This document shows positions 57,804 through 64,000 of a DNA stretch of 64,000 nt, one piece after another. The stretch's first letter is position 1. Each line of letters opens with the position of its first letter. The translations under genes and the position numbers were made by a program. The stretch is taken from assembly GCA_035285865.1 (NCBI GenBank), contig JAYKHS010000011.1:92659-156658 (forward strand). The letters are read 5' to 3'. Source of the stretch: Candidatus Sericytochromatia bacterium. Its GTDB lineage: Bacteria > Cyanobacteriota > Sericytochromatia > S15B-MN24 > VGJW01. Below the pieces are notes generated by a model that saw nothing but the letters and a program-made list of their open reading frames with translations, did not search any database and was not told the DNA's origin.

Positions 57804-58592
57804 TCAGGTCGCGAGGTAGCCGGTCGACCGAAGCGTCTCCGTCCGCTGGCGGTCGACCCGCAGATGGCTCAGGAAGGTCCGGGCCCGCTCAGTGGCCGGC
57901 TGTTTGAAGAATACTGCCGGTGGCGCATCCTCGATGACCCTGCCACCGTCCATGAACACGATGCGATCGGCCACGCGTTCCGCGAAGTGCATCTCGTGCG
58001 TGACGACCACCATCGTCATGCCCTGGGCCGCAATGGTGTTCATGACTTCGAGGACCTCATGGACCATCTCCGGGTCCAAGGCACTGGTCGGTTCGTCGAA
58101 GAGCAGCGCGCGCGGTTCGAGTGCCAAGGCACGGGCAATCGCGACGCGCTGCTGCTGTCCGCCCGAGAGTTGGGGGGGCCAGGCCTCAGCCTTGTGCCCC
58201 ATGCCGACGCGCCCCAGCAGGACGCGGGCACGCTGTTCCGCCTCGGTCCGGCTCGCGCCACGAACCAGCGTCTGGGGCAGCGTCACGTTCTCAAGTACGC
58301 TCAGGTGCGGAAAGAGATGGAATCCCTGAAAGACCATCCCGACCTCCGCACGAAGCGCGGCCAACTCCTTCGCAGAGGCCACAAGCGGCTTGTCGAACAG
58401 CGTGATGCTGCCCTCGTCCACCTCCTCGAGCCGGTTCATGCAGCGCAACAGGGTGCTCTTGCCGGACCCGGAAGGCCCCAGGAGGACCACCTTCTCGCCT
58501 GCCTTGATGTCCAGGTCCACGCCCTGCAGGACCTTGAGTCCACCGAAGGCCTTATGAAGATTGCGACAGGAGATGGCAACGGCAGCAGTCAA
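57804..58592 (-). CDS. polar amino-acid ABC transporter ATP-binding protein (GlnQ-like)
   Basis: Walker A GPSGSGKST, signature LSGGQQQRVAIARAL, Walker B LLFDEPTSALD, H-loop VVVTHEM. Confidence 0.95.
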   Translation of the reverse strand: MTAAVAISCRNLHKAFGGLKVLQGVDLDIKAGEKVVLLGPSGSGKSTLLRCMNRLEEVDEGSITLFDKPLVASAKELAALRAEVGMVFQGFHLFPHLSVLENVTLPQTLVRGASRTEAEQRARVLLGRVGMGHKAEAWPPQLSGGQQQRVAIARALALEPRALLFDEPTSALDPEMVHEVLEVMNTIAAQGMTMVVVTHEMHFAERVADRIVFMDGGRVIEDAPPAVFFKQPATERARTFLSHLRVDRQRTETLRSTGYLAT

Positions 58593-58595
58593 GAT

Positions 58596-60086
58596 TCAGA
58601 TCCTCTGCAGTCTGGCTTCGGTCCACCGGGCAAGCAGGGCGGCCGGGTAGCTTATGGCGAGATAGAGGGCCGCCGTCAGGAGACCCAGACTGATGTAGTC
58701 GTAGGTTACGGAAGCCAGCATCCCGTAGCTCTTCGTCAACTCCACCAGCGTAATGACGGAAACCAGCGAACTGTCCTTGAACAACGCGATGAAGTCGTTG
58801 GTCACGGGGGGGATGGTCACCCTCAGGGATTGGGGCAGGATGACGTGCCGAAGCGACTGCCATCGCGACATGCCGAGCGCGGCGCAAGCTTCGTGCTGGC
58901 CCTTCGGCACAGCCTGCAGACCGGCACGGTAGTTCTCTGCCTCGTTGGCTGCGTAGTTGAGGCCTAGCCCGAGGACACCGGCGACGAAGGCGTCGAGCTC
59001 GACACCCAGCTTGGGCAAGGCGTAGTACAGCATGTACAGCTGGATGAGCAGCGGAGTGCCCCGGACGATCTCGACATAACCGGTAGCGAACCACCGTACG
59101 GGTGCCGGACCGAACACCCTGCCGAGCGCGAGCAACATGCCGACGGCCATGGCGAGGACCATCGCGGCCAAAGAGATGCGACAGGTCATCCACGCACCCT
59201 GAAGGAGAACGGGCAGATGTTCGAAAAGCCCCGGTCCATCCTGACGGGCAATGGGCTGTACGTCCCGATAGGTGGAAAGTTTCTCCTGCAGCGGATTCCA
59301 TAGCCGCCAGCGACGCAAGATACGCTCCAGGCTGCCATCCTCGATCATGGAGCCAATGGCCCGGTCCAGCTCGCGCTTCAGCTCCTCATCCCCCTTGCGC
59401 AGCGCCAGGCCATAGAAGCCGAGGCCGCGAGTAGGCTCAATGAATCGGACCCGGGGATTGCGCGAGGCGTAAAAGTCGGCCACGGGCTGGTCGATGTAGA
59501 CGGCGTCCAGCCTGCCGATCGCGAGGTCTTCATAGACCGCGAACATGTCGGTGTAGTGCTTGATGTCTACCTTGCCTAGCTTCTCGAGCTCTCGGTGCGC
59601 CGCCGAACTCGTGATGGTCCCGACCTTGAGACCGCGCACGTCCTCGAAGACCTGGACCCGTTCGTCGCCCCGACGAACCGCGATGCGCTGCTGGTAGACG
59701 CAGTACGGGCGGGTAAAGAGGGCACCGCGTTGATGGTCTTCGGTAATCTCGATGCCGGCCATCGCCACATCTATGGTGTTGCGGGCAAGGGCCGGTATCA
59801 GGCTGTCCCAGTTGACTTGAACGGGCAGGAACGGCCGCCCCACGCGCTTGCCAAGCTCATCGGCAATCTCGCGTTCGAAGCCGATGATGCGGGCAGGATT
59901 CTTCGGGTCCGCGTAGCCGTAGGGCGCTCCACCCTCGAGGTCGAGGCCCCAACGCAATTGCTCGGCAGCCGGCGCCGGCGCCGCCGAGGCAAGCCAAAGC
60001 AGGGCAAGGAAGAGCAAGTCGAGCCAACGTAGGCGCACGGCGTCCCCCCAAGGATGACGCGCCATCGTACCAAGCCAGGCAGCCAT
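58596..60086 (-). CDS. fused periplasmic binding protein (SBP family 3) + permease of polar amino-acid ABC transporter
   Basis: The N-terminal ~250 aa are SBP_bac_3-like (LRWGLDLEGGAPYGY..., IDVAMAGIEIT, YIDQPVADFY). The C-terminal ~220 aa are a HisM/GlnP-like permease with the EAA-type loop (ANEAENYRAGLQAVPKGQHEA). Confidence 0.85.
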   Translation of the reverse strand: MAAWLGTMARHPWGDAVRLRWLDLLFLALLWLASAAPAPAAEQLRWGLDLEGGAPYGYADPKNPARIIGFEREIADELGKRVGRPFLPVQVNWDSLIPALARNTIDVAMAGIEITEDHQRGALFTRPYCVYQQRIAVRRGDERVQVFEDVRGLKVGTITSSAAHRELEKLGKVDIKHYTDMFAVYEDLAIGRLDAVYIDQPVADFYASRNPRVRFIEPTRGLGFYGLALRKGDEELKRELDRAIGSMIEDGSLERILRRWRLWNPLQEKLSTYRDVQPIARQDGPGLFEHLPVLLQGAWMTCRISLAAMVLAMAVGMLLALGRVFGPAPVRWFATGYVEIVRGTPLLIQLYMLYYALPKLGVELDAFVAGVLGLGLNYAANEAENYRAGLQAVPKGQHEACAALGMSRWQSLRHVILPQSLRVTIPPVTNDFIALFKDSSLVSVITLVELTKSYGMLASVTYDYISLGLLTAALYLAISYPAALLARWTEARLQRI

Positions 60087-60130
60087 TGCAAGTACCGACG
60101 GCGCAGGACAAGTTCCTGCAGTACTGATGC

Positions 60131-61531
60131 GTGGTTCGGAGGCTGGTGATGTTGCGATGGCGGCCCGTCCTCTCGCTCATGCTGCTTGGTTGCGGTGCCA
60201 CGGGCTGGACCGCTCCAACGGCGATCCCGGCGGCTGATCCACCGGTCATGGTGGTCCTCGGCCCGCAGGGCGCACACGTGACGATGGTACGGCGTCTCGC
60301 CTTTCCGGAAGGCCAGACCCATGCCGTGCTCGGTGGCCTGCCGCCGGGCCTCGAAGGCGGCAGCCTGTCCCTCGAAGGAGTACCCGACCTTGCCGAGATG
60401 CGCGTCCGTCCGCACGCCGGGGACACGGCGAGCCTCGTGGCCGATGCCCACGGCAGCGAAGTCCTCGTGGAAACTCATCCAGGGGCCTCGCCCCGACCCG
60501 TTCGAATCGGCGGCCATCCGGAGCGTCCGCTCTACAAGATGGGAGAGGTCTGGTACGCGGAACTCCCGGGGAAGCTGGCATTGCCGTCTCTTCCGGCCGC
60601 AGCCGAGGGTACGCGGATCGACATTGGGCGCAAGGGCGGTGCGCCCCCTTGGCAGGGTCTTGCGACACTTCGCTTTCTCGATGGCCGGAGCCACTGGCGT
60701 TCGGACACCCGCATCGTGCTTGATGCCACGGCGCGCCGGGCCGACCTCGAGAACTGGGCGCTCGTGCAGTGGGCTGCCGGCGGGTACGGCAACAGCGTAG
60801 GCCTCGACCTCGTCGTCCAGCCTCTTCGTCAGGGTCCCGGATGGGAGCTGCGGAGCCTCGCGGCCGACGCCATGGCACCCGCCCTGCAGGCGGAATCCGG
60901 CCTCTGGCGCTGGCGAGCGCCCGGTCCGGTTGACTCGGGAAGGAGCGGCCTTGTCCGCCTCCTATTGAGTACCAGAAGCGGTGTACCAGCGCGACTGGAG
61001 CAGGTATTCAGGCTCTCCGTGCCGTGGAATCCGTGGCAGGATGACACCCCGCATCGCGCAGAAACCGAATTGAAGTTGGGCACGGATGGGGGAACAGGCC
61101 TGAACTGTCCCCCAGGACGCTGGCAGGTCAGTCGTCGGGACGCCACAGGCCGCCCCATGCCCGTGGCACAAGGCCAGTCATCAGGTGCGCCCGTGGATGC
61201 CCGGCTCAGCCTGGGACTCGGTCAATCCCTCGACACCCTGGCAAGGCTGGTCCAGAAGCGCTGCACCGACGACGAGAAGGGTTACAGGCAGGTCGCCCTC
61301 GAGGTGCGATTGACCCACGCAGGCAACGAACCGGCTACGGTTCACCTCTCGCTGCGGCCGGATGCGCCATGGAGGTGGCTCGCGGGCACGCCGTCGCCCG
61401 ACCTGACCGGAACGACGGAACTGGCGTGGACGTTGACCATGCCTCCCGGCAGCACGCGGTCGATCGAGGTGGAGATGACGCGCGTTGCCTCCGTCAGCCG
61501 TGTCGCCGAACCGGGACCCGGACCACAGTAA
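60131..61531 (+). CDS. DUF4139-like lipoprotein
   Basis: Lipobox SLMLLGC. The C-terminal pattern VRLTHAGNEPATVHLSLRPD...TELAWTLTMPPGSTRSIEVEMTRV is typical of DUF4139 as I recall the family. The start is uncertain. Confidence 0.55.
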   Translation: MVRRLVMLRWRPVLSLMLLGCGATGWTAPTAIPAADPPVMVVLGPQGAHVTMVRRLAFPEGQTHAVLGGLPPGLEGGSLSLEGVPDLAEMRVRPHAGDTASLVADAHGSEVLVETHPGASPRPVRIGGHPERPLYKMGEVWYAELPGKLALPSLPAAAEGTRIDIGRKGGAPPWQGLATLRFLDGRSHWRSDTRIVLDATARRADLENWALVQWAAGGYGNSVGLDLVVQPLRQGPGWELRSLAADAMAPALQAESGLWRWRAPGPVDSGRSGLVRLLLSTRSGVPARLEQVFRLSVPWNPWQDDTPHRAETELKLGTDGGTGLNCPPGRWQVSRRDATGRPMPVAQGQSSGAPVDARLSLGLGQSLDTLARLVQKRCTDDEKGYRQVALEVRLTHAGNEPATVHLSLRPDAPWRWLAGTPSPDLTGTTELAWTLTMPPGSTRSIEVEMTRVASVSRVAEPGPGPQ

Positions 61532-61970
61532 TGCCGGAACGCGCGAATTTCAGGCGCAGACGCAGGAATTCGCCAGCACGCAAAGGGTGAACAGGGCCCA
61601 TGAGCATCAGATGCAAGCCGTCCGGACTCAGCCTTACGGAATCTCGTGCGGGTATCCTGAGGCCGTCGACGGGGTTCATCAAGGCCCCTCCCCGGGGGCC
61701 TCGTCCTGCTGCGTGCACCCGCACCGCACGCACGCCCTCGGCCGACGCAGAGATCAACCGATCGGGCGCTCCGGAGCCCGTGATGCGCCCGTAGGCAGCA
61801 AGCACCTCGACTCCGGGCGGAGATTCGGCAATCCAGAGATCGACGCGAGGCCGAGCGACCGGGTCGGCACGTCCCGTGCCATCGGCAGATACCGACGCAT
61901 CGACCGCCCACCCTGGGACCAGGCCGCCGAGAAAGAGGCACAGGCCAAGGCTGGAGATCAAGGTGCGCAC
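61494..61970 (-). CDS. copper chaperone PCu(A)C (DUF461)
   Basis: Signal peptide present. Family motif ...LSPDGLHLMLMGPVHPLRAGEFLRLRLKF (H-x-M-x-M-G). Confidence 0.8.
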   Translation of the reverse strand: MRTLISSLGLCLFLGGLVPGWAVDASVSADGTGRADPVARPRVDLWIAESPPGVEVLAAYGRITGSGAPDRLISASAEGVRAVRVHAAGRGPRGGALMNPVDGLRIPARDSVRLSPDGLHLMLMGPVHPLRAGEFLRLRLKFARSGITVVRVPVRRHG

Positions 61971-61979
61971 GTGTACATG

Positions 61980-62549
61980 CTACCCGCCGAGGGCCCGCGC
62001 GAGTTCGCCGCGAACGAAAGGCGGGGAGAGATGGCCCCGCAGGCGACCCCGCGGATCAATCAGGAACACGTCAAGGGAGTGCTCGATCTCGCCGCCGCCC
62101 TCGGCTGCAGGGGCAAAGGCCGCACCGAACGCCTTGCAAACCGCTTGCAAGTCATCGGGATCCGCAATCCGGACCCCGAGAAATGCAGGATGGAAGTAGG
62201 CAACATATGAAGCGAGTTGCCGCGTCGCGTCCCGATCGGGATCCACGGTCACCATGACAACCTGGACGCGGTCGCCTCTGTTCCCGAGAGCGCGCACCTC
62301 CCTCGCAAGGTCCGAGAGTGCCGTCGGACAGGCCGTGGGGCACCCGCGGTAGCCGAAGTAGACGAGTCCCCACCTGCCGGCCAATCGCTCCCACGTGAAC
62401 GGACGGCCATCCGAAGCCGCCATCGCGACATCGGGGAGTTCCGACAGCCGCACGGACCACCACGCCCCGGTGAGACCCACGGCCAGTACCGACAGCAGGG
62501 CTGCCAGCAAGGACCGGGGTCCAAACCGAAGGCGTGGTCGTCCGCGCAC
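61980..62549 (-). CDS. SCO1/SenC-family copper chaperone (thioredoxin fold)
   Basis: N-terminal TM anchor. YFGYRGCPTACPTAL is the CxxxC motif, and a conserved downstream His is present (IEHSLDVFLIDP). Confidence 0.85.
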   Translation of the reverse strand: MRGRPRLRFGPRSLLAALLSVLAVGLTGAWWSVRLSELPDVAMAASDGRPFTWERLAGRWGLVYFGYRGCPTACPTALSDLAREVRALGNRGDRVQVVMVTVDPDRDATRQLASYVAYFHPAFLGVRIADPDDLQAVCKAFGAAFAPAAEGGGEIEHSLDVFLIDPRGRLRGHLSPPFVRGELARALGG

Positions 62550-62556
62550 GAAACGG

Positions 62557-63846
62557 CTACTTGACCAGAGTCCGGTCGATCACGGAGATGCTGCTTTCGG
62601 TAATGTTCGAGACGAATGCCCGTGTTGCCGTGAAAGCGGCCTTGTGGTGCCCGACACCCACCTCAATGACATGCAGCACCTTGAAAGACACGGAGTCGAT
62701 CACCGTGACCGAGGCGTCTCCATCGCCCATGACCCATATCTGATCCGGGCCACCGGCTTCAGGAGAAGGTACCCTGTAGACATGGACGGGCGAGGCTGGC
62801 TTTTCGTCCAGCCTGCGGCCAACCAGGACATGGGTCAGGATCTGGCCGCTCGCCAGATCGACGACAGCCACTCGGTCCGCTCCCTTGCAGGTGACAAAAG
62901 CCCTGGCCTTGTCAGCCGTCAGGACGGAATCCGTAGGGGTGGACAGGGTCGTGGCCTTGTTGACCACCATCCGGCCTTCGGGGTCATAGACCACGATGGT
63001 GTTGCTGGTCTTGTTGCCGAATACCAACCGATCCTTGCCGCCGACCAGACCCATCTCGATGGGGCCCGGCTCGTTGCCCTCCTTCAGGATGGTCTTGTCT
63101 CCCACGGGGGTGCCATCGGCAGGGGAGAGCGCCGATACGACGACGGCATGGTCGGGACCGCTGGGCGCCGCGACGAAGGCCTTGCCCACGGCAATGAAGC
63201 CCCCCGCACTGCCGGTTCCGACCGGAGCAAGGTCGAAGGAGGCCGTGGCAGGACTTGCGGCGAAATCCGTCACGCCCGCAACCGAGGGCCAGCGCACCCA
63301 GAAGACGCTTGCCGGCACGGCGGACTGCTGGAGAAGCGCCGTGCGATCATCCCACCACCCCACCCGGGAGCCGGGCTTGCCCTGCATCGGGATGAAGGCG
63401 ACCTGATCCCGGGTCGTCGGGGACACGATCCGCATGCCTTTGGTGGCGCCATCGAGGGCAATGGCGACGCGGTGCCGAGGATCGGCCTTGGTGTAGCTGG
63501 GACTCGCCGAAACCGTGGCACCGGGTGCCCCCGGGAAGATGGCCGCGAAGTCCAGAGTCTTCAGGACGGCCTTGATTCCGGCATCCGGCAACGTGGCGTC
63601 GAATTGCGGATCGATGATCTCCAGCTTTCCTGCGGAAGGATTCGCATTGAAAACGAGGCCTTCGGCCACATCGATGCCGTGGGGCCCCTTGGCCGTAGGG
63701 ATCGTGGCGATCGGCCGGAGTGCCGGTGCCCCGGATGTGGTGACCGTATTGATCGTGGTGTTGCCGGAAGTGCCGGTAGACGGGGTGCTGCACGCTGTCA
63801 GGATGGCAGCAAGCAGAGCAGTGGAAGTATGCGAGGACTGTCGCAT
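62557..63846 (-). CDS. YVTN/YncE-like beta-propeller lipoprotein
   Basis: Lipobox ILTAC. Repeated ~40-aa blades (RVAVVDLASGQILTHV, ASVTVIDSVSFKVLHVI, SSISVIDRT). It is 7 nt upstream of the SCO1 gene. Confidence 0.7.
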   Translation of the reverse strand: MRQSSHTSTALLAAILTACSTPSTGTSGNTTINTVTTSGAPALRPIATIPTAKGPHGIDVAEGLVFNANPSAGKLEIIDPQFDATLPDAGIKAVLKTLDFAAIFPGAPGATVSASPSYTKADPRHRVAIALDGATKGMRIVSPTTRDQVAFIPMQGKPGSRVGWWDDRTALLQQSAVPASVFWVRWPSVAGVTDFAASPATASFDLAPVGTGSAGGFIAVGKAFVAAPSGPDHAVVVSALSPADGTPVGDKTILKEGNEPGPIEMGLVGGKDRLVFGNKTSNTIVVYDPEGRMVVNKATTLSTPTDSVLTADKARAFVTCKGADRVAVVDLASGQILTHVLVGRRLDEKPASPVHVYRVPSPEAGGPDQIWVMGDGDASVTVIDSVSFKVLHVIEVGVGHHKAAFTATRAFVSNITESSISVIDRTLVK

Positions 63847-64000
63847 GGATTAGGAACCGATGCCTCCATGTAGCCTTGTCGGAACATTCCGACGAGGCAG
63901 GGGTGAACGCGCTGAATCAGGCGTTCGCGCGGCGCGGAGGCGGAATCGGCGGCCCCGGGGCCTGTTGGCTCGGCAGGTTCCTTAAACCGACCTGGGGCAA

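Noticed and set aside
57693-58967. 424-aa plus-strand ORF over the ABC ATPase and permease
   Set aside because: The opposite strand has Walker A, the signature motif and Walker B in canonical order.

Overview
High-GC, densely coding bacterial chromosomal segment. The organism looks diderm, because the window has a TolC/MFP/RND efflux operon and many lipobox lipoproteins. I recognised no rRNA, tRNA, CRISPR array, transposase or integrase.

Gene order, left to right:
- 3' part of dnaE.
- Two RCK/TrkA genes directly followed by a KUP/KimA-like APC-superfamily permease.
- A His-rich periplasmic protein.
- selD, which I read as a selenoprotein. It has an in-frame TGA at 8479-8481 and a downstream hairpin, and the ORF track truncates it.
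- A large secreted protein.
- A 1794-aa Ser/Thr kinase-STAND ATPase-TPR-GAF-GAF-GGDEF fusion.
- Five neighbouring lipoproteins (CarboxypepD_reg-like / IPT-TIG-like / NHL-type beta-propeller), arranged convergently.
- A membrane-anchored TPR protein translationally coupled to a GAF-HisKA protein with a degenerate ATPase domain.
- ynbB-like PLP enzyme and a Nudix hydrolase.
- An AT-richer segment holding a C39-like cysteine peptidase and about 0.9 kb without a credible ORF.
- Two S8 subtilisin lipoproteins and an OPT oligopeptide transporter.
- treS-like GH13 enzyme, acnA, and lpd-sucB-sucA.
- A five-gene lipoprotein/OM-barrel/TolC/MFP/RND operon.
- A polar amino-acid ABC transporter with a fused binding-protein/permease.
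- A DUF4139-like lipoprotein.
- A PCuAC-SCO1-beta-propeller copper-chaperone operon.

The best candidate for an undescribed system is the 11.1-30.7 kb locus. It joins the kinase/c-di-GMP cyclase megaprotein, the five-member surface-lipoprotein array and the TPR/pseudo-histidine-kinase pair. That link is inferred from gene order only.

All domain calls come from motif reading of the translated ORFs; no database search was run. Many long antisense ORFs in the track are high-GC artefacts.
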